Virus record (IMG/VR): IMGVR_UViG_3300034095_000182 | Span: 1 to 55,173 of that record | Source: a virus | Taxonomy: Duplodnaviria; Caudoviricetes | DNA: 55,173 nt | Reading direction: 5' to 3' (one strand) | In this document: positions 38,711-48,239 of the stretch, one piece after another | How the letters are laid out: the number at the start of each line of letters is the position of its first letter | Numbering within the stretch: position 1 is the first letter of the stretch | Translations under genes and position numbers: made by a program | The notes under the pieces: generated by a model | The model's input: only the letters and a program-made list of their open reading frames with translations | What the model was told of the DNA's origin: nothing | Database searches by the model: none

Positions 38711-39625
38711 ATGGCCGCTCCGATGCGAAGTACCGACTTTCGGTCGATTGTTGAACCCATTCTGAATGAGTGCTTTGATGGTGTGTACGATCAGCGCACT
38801 GATGAATGGTCTCGGGTTTTCACCGAGCAAGAAGGCATTCCTCGTAATTACCACGAGGAACCTGTTCTGTATGGCTTTGGTGCCGCACCTCAACTTCCTG
38901 ATGGCACTCCTGTGTCCTATCAGCAAGGTGGCGTGTTGTTCCTCAAGCGCTATGTCTACAATGTGTATGGCCTCGCCTTCGCATTGACCAAAGTGCTGGT
39001 GGAAGACGGTGACCATATCCGTATTGGTCAGGTGTATGCCCGTCACTTGGCTCAGTCTTTGATTGAGACCAAAGAAACTCTTAGCGCCAATGTGCTGAAC
39101 CGTGCGTTCAACGCCGCTTATCCCGGTGGTGACGGCGTTCAGTTGAACAGCGCAAGCCATCCTATCGTCAACGGTACCTTCAGCAACTTGCTGTCGACCG
39201 CCGCGAACCTCAGCCAAACCTCTCTTGAGCAGATGCTGATCCAGATTCGTCAGGCTGTGGACAACAACGGCAAGAAGATTCGTCTGGTTCCACGCCAATT
39301 GGTCGTGGCTCCCGGCAATGTCTTCCAAGCCGAAGTGTTGCTCAAGTCCGTTCTGCGTGCTGGCAATGCCAACAACGACATCAACCCGATCAAGTCTATC
39401 GGCTTGCTCGACGAGGGTGCCGCTGTTCTGTCGCGTCTGACTTCAGCCACCGCATGGTGGGTGCAGACTGATGCCCCAGAAGGCATGAAGTTGCTCATGC
39501 GCCGCAAACTTGAGAAGACCATGGAAGGTGACTTCGAAACTGACTCTATGCGCTACAAAGCGACAGAGCGTTACGATGTTGGTTTCACTGACCCTCGTGC
39601 CATGTATGGCACGCCGGGCGTATAA
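38711..39625 (+). CDS. Major capsid protein
   Basis: 304 aa; GFGAAP, LAQS..ETKE...ANVLN.AF, GGDGV.L.S..HP, D.NG.KI...P..LVV and YKATERY..G.TDPR..YG.PG (HK97-fold MCP pattern). Confidence 0.9.
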   Translation: MAAPMRSTDFRSIVEPILNECFDGVYDQRTDEWSRVFTEQEGIPRNYHEEPVLYGFGAAPQLPDGTPVSYQQGGVLFLKRYVYNVYGLAFALTKVLVEDGDHIRIGQVYARHLAQSLIETKETLSANVLNRAFNAAYPGGDGVQLNSASHPIVNGTFSNLLSTAANLSQTSLEQMLIQIRQAVDNNGKKIRLVPRQLVVAPGNVFQAEVLLKSVLRAGNANNDINPIKSIGLLDEGAAVLSRLTSATAWWVQTDAPEGMKLLMRRKLEKTMEGDFETDSMRYKATERYDVGFTDPRAMYGTPGV

Positions 39626-39670
39626 ACATGGGACGGGGGGCTTCGGCTCCCCTCTTCACAGGAGAACGAC

Positions 39671-40120
39671 ATGGCACAAACCTACTTTGGTTCAACCCTG
39701 CGCTCCGGTTCTGGCACATTGACTGACACTACTGACGGCGGATTCGTCGTTTTGAGTCAGACCACTACTGTCACTACCGCGTCCGCAGGTACTGCAACAA
39801 GTGCATCACTGACGCTCCCTGCCAATTCCCAAATCATCGACTTCAATGTCGACATGGTTCAGGATGAGGTAGTTGGCGGAGGTACTGCAACACAAATCGC
39901 GATGACTATCGGAACTGCGGCGGCAGGCACTCAATATGTGTCTTCCACCAACATTTTCGCTGGTGGCCGCGCCGCTTTGACCTTTACCGCCGCTCAATTG
40001 GCCGCGATGGCTGACATTGGCTCCAACCAGTCTGTCTTCATCACTGTCGATCCCAACGGCACGATCAGCACGACTCAAGCGATTGTTCGCCTGACCGTTG
40101 TGTATGCTCAGAAAGTTTGA
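39671..40120 (+). CDS. Virion structural protein
   Basis: 149 aa, Thr-rich beta sandwich-like (LPANSQI.D). Confidence 0.65.
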   Translation: MAQTYFGSTLRSGSGTLTDTTDGGFVVLSQTTTVTTASAGTATSASLTLPANSQIIDFNVDMVQDEVVGGGTATQIAMTIGTAAAGTQYVSSTNIFAGGRAALTFTAAQLAAMADIGSNQSVFITVDPNGTISTTQAIVRLTVVYAQKV

Positions 40121-40131
40121 GGAGGCACACT

Positions 40132-41274
40132 ATGGGCCAATTCAAACCTATGGTCAAGATGATGACCACCGAGCCTTCAGTTGAATTGAAACTGAAGAAG
40201 GGTGGCTCCGTCAAATCGATGACCAAAATGAAGTCCGGTGGCAGTGGCTCCGGTCACAAGAAGATGGCTGACGGTGGTGGTGCGATGAGCGCCATCATGG
40301 GCACGCCTGCTCTTGTTGGTCGTCCTGCTGTCAATGCGCCTGTACGCACCCCCGGCAAGCCTCCGATGGCTCAACGCCGCAAGGCAATGGCCCCGAAGGC
40401 TAAGATGCCCGCAACCCCGATGATGAAGAAGGGTGGCGAGACTGAGAAGGAACACAAGGCTGAGATGTCGAAGATGAAGGGTCTTGAAAAAGAACTGAAG
40501 TCTCACGAGTCCAAGCCTGCCAGCAAAGGCCATAAAGGTCTGAAGACTGGTGGTGTTGCCAACGGTCAGGGTGGCTACAAAAAAGGTGGCGCAACCAAGA
40601 AGTACGCCAAAGGCGGAATCATCAACACCGAGAATCAAGGTGGCGCTTATCGCAACACCAAGATGCACACCGCTGAATACACTGGCAAGACCAGTGGAAC
40701 TACTGGCGGCGTGAAAGAAGGCAACGCAGGCGGTTATAAGACTGGCGGCGTAGCACTCGGCAATGGCGGTGGTTACAAGATGGGCGGTAAGGCAAAAAAA
40801 GCCTTCGCGGCGGGGGGAACTGTTGATAGCGGCCACCCCGTCGCAATGCCCCAAGGCCGCAAAAAACCGTCGACGCCCGTAAGCATCAATCAACTCGCTG
40901 GTACCTTCAAAAAGGGTGGCTCTGTTACCCCGGCGCAAGGTGGCTTGCAGAAGATGTTCGCAAAGGAAAACGCCCCGGCCATGAAAGCGGCCAAAGCGCA
41001 ATCCAACGAGGTCTACAGCAAGTACGGCAAGATGAAGATGGCGAAAGGTGGCGAAGTTGAGGATATGTCCAAAGGTGCATATGACCGTCATTACGCTCTT
41101 GAGAAAGAGGAGAATGAGGCCATGAGAAATGCAGTGATGGGCATTCCTAAGCGCATGATGGAAGGAGTCAAGGGTCTATTCGGGCCTAAGAATCCAAAAG
41201 GCGCCGAGAGTGTGACCAAGACCGAAAAGTCTGTAACAGTCACACCTGCTAAAAAGCGCGGTGGTCGTTGTTGA
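40132..41274 (+). CDS. Basic low-complexity protein with 13 xxxGG motifs
   Basis: GAGGAGG RBS, ATG 40132; Lys/Met/Gly-rich, 380 aa. Confidence 0.8.
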   Translation: MGQFKPMVKMMTTEPSVELKLKKGGSVKSMTKMKSGGSGSGHKKMADGGGAMSAIMGTPALVGRPAVNAPVRTPGKPPMAQRRKAMAPKAKMPATPMMKKGGETEKEHKAEMSKMKGLEKELKSHESKPASKGHKGLKTGGVANGQGGYKKGGATKKYAKGGIINTENQGGAYRNTKMHTAEYTGKTSGTTGGVKEGNAGGYKTGGVALGNGGGYKMGGKAKKAFAAGGTVDSGHPVAMPQGRKKPSTPVSINQLAGTFKKGGSVTPAQGGLQKMFAKENAPAMKAAKAQSNEVYSKYGKMKMAKGGEVEDMSKGAYDRHYALEKEENEAMRNAVMGIPKRMMEGVKGLFGPKNPKGAESVTKTEKSVTVTPAKKRGGRC

Positions 41275-41319
41275 AAACGAGTGGGGGCTTCGGCCCCCGC
41301 TTCTAATTGGGGATAGGAC

Positions 41320-41622
41320 ATGAAGGTACAGACCGTATCAAAGACTGGCGTTGGTTCCAGCGATGCTTTGGTGATGAATACCAACATCAGCCCGTTTAAT
41401 GTCGGGTTTGGTGTTCTTGTGACTGGCACGGTTGACTACACCGTTCAGCACACTTTTGATGACCCGGCAGTGGGTTTTACGACTTGGTTCTCGCATCCCA
41501 GCGTGGCTGGTGAGACAACCAATCAGGACGGCAACTATGCCTTCCCGGTGACTGGCGTCAAGGTTCTGGTGAACTCTGGCACTGGCACTGCAACCATGAA
41601 ACTGGTTCAGGCGGGCATCTAA
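41320..41622 (+). CDS. Small virion structural protein
   Basis: 100 aa, beta-rich. Confidence 0.7.
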   Translation: MKVQTVSKTGVGSSDALVMNTNISPFNVGFGVLVTGTVDYTVQHTFDDPAVGFTTWFSHPSVAGETTNQDGNYAFPVTGVKVLVNSGTGTATMKLVQAGI

Positions 41623-41861
41623 TGGGAAAAGTAGGCTACGGCGGGGTCGCTGACCAAGCGAACACCAGCGATGGTTTTGCCTCCGATATTGGGGCGCAGA
41701 ACATTGTTGGCGGAACCGACTTTGGCCTAGATGTGGGTGACGGCGGTGTTGTCGATATGTACGGCGGGACGCCTGTGGCAACCTTTTATATCGCTGACGA
41801 AACTTCTCCCGGATATGTGCTTCAAGAGGACAACAGCAAAATTATTCTGGAGGCTTCGTAA
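41622..41861 (+). CDS. Small virion structural protein
   Basis: 79 aa ending YVLQEDNSKIILE; TAATG-coupled. Confidence 0.65.
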   Translation: MGKVGYGGVADQANTSDGFASDIGAQNIVGGTDFGLDVGDGGVVDMYGGTPVATFYIADETSPGYVLQEDNSKIILEAS

Positions 41862-42445
41862 TGGCTGATCAAAAAATCTCGGCAATGCCCTCAGCGGCAA
41901 CGCTGACTGGCGCAGAACTTATCCCGCTCGTTCAGAGCGGCGCTAATGTCAAAGTAACGCTCGATGTTCTGCGTTCTTATGACAACGCATACGGCGGCTT
42001 CAGTGATAGCACAGATCAAACTGGCAGTGTTTCTGCCGGGACTGTGATGACATTCAACACCGTTGATGTTGCAGATGGCATCACGCTGGTAAGTAGCAGT
42101 CAGATCACCGTACCAAACACAGGCAAATACAGCCTGCAATTCAGTTCGCAGTTTAAGAACACAAACAATGCCCAAGAAGATGTGACCGTGTGGTTGCGCA
42201 TCAACGGCGTTGATCTTGCAAACTCTGCAACTCAATACACGATCCCAGCCCGCAAAAGCGCTGGAATTTTTGGATATGGCGTGGCGTCGCTGACATTCTT
42301 GTTGGACTTGACCGCAAACGACTATGTTGAAATTTTGTGGATTCCAACCAATACGACCGTGACGATGGAGCATCTGCCTGCCAGCGTGACGCCCGCATAC
42401 CCGGCCATTCCTTCTGTCATTGCAACAGTGTCGCAGGTGGCCTAA
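41861..42445 (+). CDS. Fibre/decoration protein with a C1q/BclA-like C-terminal domain
   Basis: N-terminus similar to tail fibre 44277; ITVPNTGKY.L.FS.Q...WLRING.D...L.ANDYVEI.W. Confidence 0.65.
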   Translation: MADQKISAMPSAATLTGAELIPLVQSGANVKVTLDVLRSYDNAYGGFSDSTDQTGSVSAGTVMTFNTVDVADGITLVSSSQITVPNTGKYSLQFSSQFKNTNNAQEDVTVWLRINGVDLANSATQYTIPARKSAGIFGYGVASLTFLLDLTANDYVEILWIPTNTTVTMEHLPASVTPAYPAIPSVIATVSQVA

Positions 42446-42853
42446 ATGCCAGCAAAGAGCAAGTCCCAGTTTCGCTTGATGAAGGCCGCAGAGAACAATC
42501 CTGCGTTTGCCAAAAAAGTCGGTATCAGCAAGTCGACTGCGGCTGAGTTTACTTCGTCAAATACTGGCAAGAAGGCTTACGCAAAACTCCCGGAGAACAA
42601 GGCCAAGGGCGGTGTGTCTTTGGCTGTTGGTCGTGGTGAGAAACTTCCGACCGATAAAGGTGCTGGTCTTACAGCGAAGGGTCGGGCAAAATATAACCGT
42701 GAGACTGGGAGCAATTTGAAGGCTCCGCAACCTCAAGGTGGGTCGCGCAAGGATTCGTTTTGTGCGCGAATGTCAGGTGTAGTAGAACATTCAAAAGGGG
42801 ACGCGGAACGCGCCAAAGCATCGCTAAAGCGTTGGAAGTGCCCCGGATGGTAA
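42446..42853 (+). CDS. Basic two-module protein
   Basis: MPAKSKSQFRLM...FAKKVGI module + KAKGG + GLTAKGRA...NLKAP...SFCARM module. Confidence 0.7.
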   Translation: MPAKSKSQFRLMKAAENNPAFAKKVGISKSTAAEFTSSNTGKKAYAKLPENKAKGGVSLAVGRGEKLPTDKGAGLTAKGRAKYNRETGSNLKAPQPQGGSRKDSFCARMSGVVEHSKGDAERAKASLKRWKCPGW

Positions 42854-42862
42854 AGGACAGTT

Positions 42863-43936
42863 ATGGCTTATTCGGGAACCATCGGCGAGACCGTCATCAA
42901 TGTTCAGACATTGATTGATCACGGTGCGCGTCGTTGCGGAAAACTCGCTGAAGAATTAACCTCAGAACAGCAACTGTCTGCTCGGCAGTCGTTGTTTTTT
43001 CTGCTTTCCCATCTAGGCAACAAAGGCATCAATTACTGGGCCATCAACAAAAAGGTCTTCGGTCTGAAGGCTGATCAGTACATCTACACGATGCCATTGG
43101 GTTGCATCGATGTGCTGAATGTGCTGTATCGCACAATGAACCGCCCATCGGGTGATTACACCTCGTCCGCAGGCGGCGTTGTCGCAAATGTGTACGACAG
43201 TGACATTGACACTTGGTGCCAGCAGTCTTCTGCCAACGGCAACATCTCTGTGTTCTACGGCACCAACAATCCCATCTACGCTGGCTCTATCGGCATCCTG
43301 CCTTACATCTCTGGTGGTGGCTCGGCTTTGTGGTCGATCATCTTTGAATACAGCGTTGACGGCATCACATGGAACACGCTCGATGACTTGGGCGAGATCG
43401 CTGTGTCTGACAACCAATGGGTGTGGACAGACATCGATCCGGGCCAGAGCGTGATGTATTACCGCGTCCGTGCCTACAACGGCACCACGCTGGCTTTGCG
43501 CGAACTTTTCATCGGCAACAACAGCCGCGAGATTCAGATGTCACGCTTGAACCGCGATGACTACACCAACCTGCCAAACAAGAACTTCACGGCCAATCAG
43601 CCCTATCAGTTCTGGTTTGACCGCACCATCCCTCAGCCAACTGTCTATCTGTGGCCTACGCCTTCTGATCCGTTCATTCAAATGACCGTGTGGTATCAGC
43701 GGCAGATCATGGATGTTGGCGCACTGACTGACGAACTTGAGATTCCTCAGCGCTGGTATGAGGCCATCCAATTCATGCTTGCGCACCGCATGGCTTTAGA
43801 GTTGCCGCAAGTGGCGGCTGATCGCATTGGCTATCTTGAGAAGATGGCCGACAAGTACCTCTTTGAGGCCGAGCAAGAAGAGCGCGACAAGTCACCAATC
43901 TACTGGGCGCCGAACATCTCGGTGTACACACGATAA
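42863..43936 (+). CDS. Head-tail adaptor-like protein with an inserted beta-sandwich domain
   Basis: ARQSL..L...GN.GINYW, SR...DY..LPNK...P.Q.WFDR...YLWP.P and IPQRWYEA..LA...A; central EYS.DG.TW insert resembles a discoidin-like domain. Confidence 0.65.
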   Translation: MAYSGTIGETVINVQTLIDHGARRCGKLAEELTSEQQLSARQSLFFLLSHLGNKGINYWAINKKVFGLKADQYIYTMPLGCIDVLNVLYRTMNRPSGDYTSSAGGVVANVYDSDIDTWCQQSSANGNISVFYGTNNPIYAGSIGILPYISGGGSALWSIIFEYSVDGITWNTLDDLGEIAVSDNQWVWTDIDPGQSVMYYRVRAYNGTTLALRELFIGNNSREIQMSRLNRDDYTNLPNKNFTANQPYQFWFDRTIPQPTVYLWPTPSDPFIQMTVWYQRQIMDVGALTDELEIPQRWYEAIQFMLAHRMALELPQVAADRIGYLEKMADKYLFEAEQEERDKSPIYWAPNISVYTR

Positions 43937-44277
43937 TGCCAATTTTCCTCGACACTCGCGGCTTATCTTCTGTCGCCATCGCTGTGTGCGATAGGTGCAA
44001 GATGAAGCGCACCTTTGTGTCGTTGCAGGCCGACCCGAACTTCCCGGGTCTTCGTGTTTGCGATCAGGGTTGCAAGGATGAGTTTGACCCATATCGCTTG
44101 CCCGCACGCAAAACCGAGCGCATCAACCTGCGCTTTCCACGCCCCGATGAGAGTGTTGCCGTCGATCCGGATGCACTGCTCACGAATGGCCCGAATAACT
44201 TTGAGATTACGACCGAAGGGAATACGGACACTCCGGAAAACAACGGCAATCTCGACAACATCGCACCGAGTCCCTAA
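43936..44277 (+). CDS. Small CxxC zinc-finger-like virion protein
   Basis: AVCDRC...LRVCDQGCKD...PRPD. Confidence 0.7.
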   Translation: MPIFLDTRGLSSVAIAVCDRCKMKRTFVSLQADPNFPGLRVCDQGCKDEFDPYRLPARKTERINLRFPRPDESVAVDPDALLTNGPNNFEITTEGNTDTPENNGNLDNIAPSP

Positions 44278-47186
44278 TGGCACAAGTACAGATTACTCAA
44301 TTACCAGCCGCCGGGGCCATTACTGGCTCTGAGTTGGTGCCTATTGTCCAGAATGGCGTTACCGTCCGCACCACGACGGGCGCGATTGCCGCGTCTCCGT
44401 CGCAGACTCAGACCTTCTTGACCCTAAATCAGGAGCCTTCGCTTCCAAATTCGCGTCGTTTGTCTGGTGGGACTGGCATTGGTTTGGTCGACAACGGCGC
44501 CCAAAGCACGCTCCAGATTACTTTGAACGGCACTTCTGGCTCGTTGGAGACCGCTGGCACCGGGATCATTGCAAAAAACTCGGCCAGCACGGTTGTAAAC
44601 CGCACCTTGACAGCCACTGGGGCTGGTTTTGGCATCACCAACGGCGATGGCGTCTCTGGAAACCCTACTTTTGGCCTGACCGGACTACCTCTGGCCCTTG
44701 CCAACACCTCCGGCACCGGAATGCTGGCGGTTGTGGGCGGAACAGTCATTGCTGGCCGTCAAATTTACGGCACAGCCAACCAAATTACGGTCGCTAACGG
44801 CAACGGATCAAATGATCCGACCATTTCGATCACAGACAACCCGAACATCCCCGGTACTGGGGCCATGCGGGTGCCTATTGGCACATCTGCCGAGCAACCA
44901 GTGGGCACAAACGGCCAAGTGCGTTATGACACCACCTTGGGCGGCTTCTACGGCTACTCAGCAGGCTCTTGGCGCCAGTTTTCTCTGGCTGGTGGGGTTA
45001 CCCTCATCAACACCGGAACGGGTCTCACAGGTGGCCCTATCACGGCCACAGGCACCATTTCGATTGCCAATACGGCTGTCACTGCTGGAACCTACGGTTC
45101 CTCGACTCAGGTGGGTCAATTCATCGTCAATGCGCAAGGCCAACTGACCTCCGCAACCAATGTGACCATCACACCGTCGTCGATTGGCGCCATTTCGGCT
45201 GTCAACGGCACAACGGCTGAAATTGACTCGTTGCAGGTCGGAACTGTCGTCACTTTGAGTCTGCCGACCAACATGACCTTCACGGGCAAGACTGTGACGG
45301 GCGGCACCTTTGTTACGCCCAACATTGCCACGATTGTCAACACCGGAACGCTGACGCTCCCGACCAGCACCGACACCTTGGTGGGTCGCGCTACGGCTGA
45401 CACGCTCACCAACAAGACAATGAGCGGCGCCAGCAACACTTTCACAAACTTGCCAAACAGTGCGCTGACCAACAACTCAGTGACCTACAACGGCGTAAAT
45501 GTGGCGCTTGGTGCCTCTGGAACCATTGCGGCCAACACCACGAACACCCTGACCATTGGTACAGGCTTGAGCGGCGGCTCGTTCAACGGCTCTTCGCCGA
45601 TCACGATTGCCATCGATTCGACCGTGGTGACTTTGACTGGCACCCAGACTTTGTCCAACAAGACGCTTACAGCGCCCGTCATTGCAACGATTGTCAACAC
45701 TGGCACCCTTACCCTGCCCACAAGCACTGACACGCTTGTAGGCCGCGCTACGACCGATACGCTGACCAATAAGACCATCGACGGCGCCACAAACACGCTT
45801 CAGAACATTCCGAACGCGGCTTTGTCCAACTCGTCGATCACTATTGGTACGACCAATATTGCGTTGGGCGCGACCAGCCTTACTCTGGCTGGCGTCACAT
45901 CGATTGACCTCACGCAGAACCCGACGACGGCTTTGCAGGCCGCAACCAAACAGTATGTGGATACGCTGGTGTCTTCTGGCATCACCTATCACTCCCCGGT
46001 CAAGTACGAGGTGCCAAACAGCACTGGCAACCTGAACGCGACCTACAACAATGGAACCGCAGGTGTTGGCGCAACTTTGACCAATGCAGGCACTTTGGCC
46101 GCTTTTGCGCCGGACGGCCCAACTGCATCGCCGGGTGATCGCATCCTTATTTACAACCAGACCAATGCGTTTGAAAACGGCGTCTACACCGTCACAGTGG
46201 TTGGCGATGGCTCTACCGCTTGGGTGTTGACCCGCGCAACTGATGCAGACACCTACTCTCTCAAGAGTCCAAACGGCTTGGGTGAGGGCGACGCATTCTT
46301 CATTCAAAGCGGTAACACTGGCGCTGGCGAGACTTATGTCTGCAACACGCAGGGCGTGATCACCTTTGGTACGACCGCGATCAACTTTGTTCAAGTTTCT
46401 GCTTCGCAGGTTTACTCTGCTGGCACTGGCCTAAGCCTGACCGGAACACAGTTCTCGATTGCAAACACTGCTGTGACCGCAAGCACTTATGGCTCTGCAT
46501 CGCAGGTGCCTGTGTTTGCCGTGAACGCTCAAGGTCAGTTGACCAGCGTCACCAACACATTAATTTCGATTAACGGCAACCAGATCACTTCTGGCACCGT
46601 TGGCTCTTCGTACATCAGCGGCTCCTACACTGGCATCACTGGTGTTGGAACCCTGACTGCTGGTACTTGGAACGCCACAACGATTGATCCTGCCTACGGC
46701 GGAACCGGGGTGACCAGTTACGCCAATGGCGACCTGCTTTATGCCACTGGCCCAGCCACGCTGTCTAAATTGACGATTGGCACGGCTACCCAAATTCTGA
46801 CATCAACCGGGTCTGCTCCTCAGTGGAGTGCGCCTTCTTCTTTGATTGTTGGAACCGCTACCGCTCTTGCTGGTGGTGTTGCTGGTGATCTGCCATATCA
46901 AACCGCATCCGGGGTGACAGGCTTCTTGACTCTTGGAACCGCTGGCTATGTGCTGGTGGCCGGAGCAAGCGCACCAACTTATGTGGCTCAATCAACCTTG
47001 TCTGTTGGGTCGGCTACAACCGCAACAACTTCAACAAATCTTGCTGGCGGTGCGGCAAGCCAAATACCGTATCAAACAGGAGCCGGGACGACTGCTTTCC
47101 TTGCCAACGGCACGGCTGGTCAAGTGCTTGTCTCTCAAGGCGCAAGCGCACCACAATGGCAAGGAATATCTGGAGGAACTTTCTAA
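44277..47186 (+). CDS. Tail fibre protein
   Basis: 969 aa, T/G/S/A-rich, TLTNKT repeats, AATKQYVD, RIL..NQT...NG.Y...RA.DAD, ends GGTF. Confidence 0.85.
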   Translation: MAQVQITQLPAAGAITGSELVPIVQNGVTVRTTTGAIAASPSQTQTFLTLNQEPSLPNSRRLSGGTGIGLVDNGAQSTLQITLNGTSGSLETAGTGIIAKNSASTVVNRTLTATGAGFGITNGDGVSGNPTFGLTGLPLALANTSGTGMLAVVGGTVIAGRQIYGTANQITVANGNGSNDPTISITDNPNIPGTGAMRVPIGTSAEQPVGTNGQVRYDTTLGGFYGYSAGSWRQFSLAGGVTLINTGTGLTGGPITATGTISIANTAVTAGTYGSSTQVGQFIVNAQGQLTSATNVTITPSSIGAISAVNGTTAEIDSLQVGTVVTLSLPTNMTFTGKTVTGGTFVTPNIATIVNTGTLTLPTSTDTLVGRATADTLTNKTMSGASNTFTNLPNSALTNNSVTYNGVNVALGASGTIAANTTNTLTIGTGLSGGSFNGSSPITIAIDSTVVTLTGTQTLSNKTLTAPVIATIVNTGTLTLPTSTDTLVGRATTDTLTNKTIDGATNTLQNIPNAALSNSSITIGTTNIALGATSLTLAGVTSIDLTQNPTTALQAATKQYVDTLVSSGITYHSPVKYEVPNSTGNLNATYNNGTAGVGATLTNAGTLAAFAPDGPTASPGDRILIYNQTNAFENGVYTVTVVGDGSTAWVLTRATDADTYSLKSPNGLGEGDAFFIQSGNTGAGETYVCNTQGVITFGTTAINFVQVSASQVYSAGTGLSLTGTQFSIANTAVTASTYGSASQVPVFAVNAQGQLTSVTNTLISINGNQITSGTVGSSYISGSYTGITGVGTLTAGTWNATTIDPAYGGTGVTSYANGDLLYATGPATLSKLTIGTATQILTSTGSAPQWSAPSSLIVGTATALAGGVAGDLPYQTASGVTGFLTLGTAGYVLVAGASAPTYVAQSTLSVGSATTATTSTNLAGGAASQIPYQTGAGTTAFLANGTAGQVLVSQGASAPQWQGISGGTF

Positions 47187-48227
47187 ATGGCACAAAGCGG
47201 CTACACCCCAATTCAGTTGTACTTCAGTACGACTCCAAGTGCGGTTCCGACTGCTGGCAACCTTGCTGACGGCGAACTTGCAATCAACATCGTCGATGGC
47301 AAGTTGTACTACAAGGACAATACCGGAACGGTTCGTCTTCTGGCTTCTCAGAGTGACCTGACGACGATCAGTTTTGGCACTACTGGCCTGACTCCATCGA
47401 CCGCTACTGGCGGCGCTGTAACCGTGGCCGGAACTCTGGTGGCTGGTAACGGCGGTACGGGAATCAACTCGTACAACGGCGGTGACATCCTTTACGCGAC
47501 TGGCTCGACAACTCTTGCTCGTCTTGGTATCGGCACAAACGGCCAGATCATCACATCCAACGGCACTGTGCCTCAGTGGACTTCTGGCTCGTCAATCTCT
47601 GTTGGCACGGCCACAAACCTTGCTGGTGGTTCTGCCGGGTCTCTGCCTTATCAATCCGGAGCAGGTGCAACAACCTTCTTGTCGATTGGTTCTGCAAACC
47701 GTGTTTTGACCTCGACTGGCTCTGCCCCTCAGTGGTCGACCGATCTGTCGATTGGCGCCCTGACTGCATCGAGCGACTCCGCTTTTACATCGACCGGGGC
47801 TTTGACAATCAGCAAGGGTACGACAGCACAGCGGCCCGGATCGGCTGTCAGCGGTATGTTCCGCTTCAATACATCAGACAGCGCTTTTGAGGGCTACAAC
47901 GGTTCTGCTTGGACTTCTGTCGGCGGCATCACGCTTGCAAACGATACGACCACTGCATCCAACCTGTATATGCTCTTTAGCGCGTCTACAAGCGGTGCGG
48001 TTTCAACGCAGTATGTGTCTTCGACCAAACTGCTTTATCGTCCTTCTGACGGTCAATTGACTGCGCCGGAGATGTACGCAAGCAATGGTGTATTGACTCA
48101 TGCTAATCAGGTGACTTCAAATTACACTGTTCCAACAAATGCAAATGTGATTACTGTTGGCCCGTGGACTGTTGCATCCGGCGCATCGTTCACGCTTCCA
48201 TCTGGAAGCCGTCAGGTATTGCTATAA
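47187..48227 (+). CDS. Tail fibre protein
   Basis: L..GELAIN..DGKLYYK N-terminus, GTTAQRP...RFNT...FEGY.G..W module. Confidence 0.8.
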   Translation: MAQSGYTPIQLYFSTTPSAVPTAGNLADGELAINIVDGKLYYKDNTGTVRLLASQSDLTTISFGTTGLTPSTATGGAVTVAGTLVAGNGGTGINSYNGGDILYATGSTTLARLGIGTNGQIITSNGTVPQWTSGSSISVGTATNLAGGSAGSLPYQSGAGATTFLSIGSANRVLTSTGSAPQWSTDLSIGALTASSDSAFTSTGALTISKGTTAQRPGSAVSGMFRFNTSDSAFEGYNGSAWTSVGGITLANDTTTASNLYMLFSASTSGAVSTQYVSSTKLLYRPSDGQLTAPEMYASNGVLTHANQVTSNYTVPTNANVITVGPWTVASGASFTLPSGSRQVLL

Positions 48228-48239
48228 GAGGAAAAGAAC

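Noticed and set aside
32810-41091. Long antisense ORFs (e.g. 32810..33817, 37650..38675, 40177..41091)
   Set aside because: Shadow frames of well-supported + strand genes with biased codon usage; no recognisable motifs.
40132-41274. GG motifs as ubiquitin-like C-terminal diglycines
   Set aside because: No beta-grasp domains or E1/E2/JAB enzymes are recognisable; the motif is internal and in low-complexity linkers.
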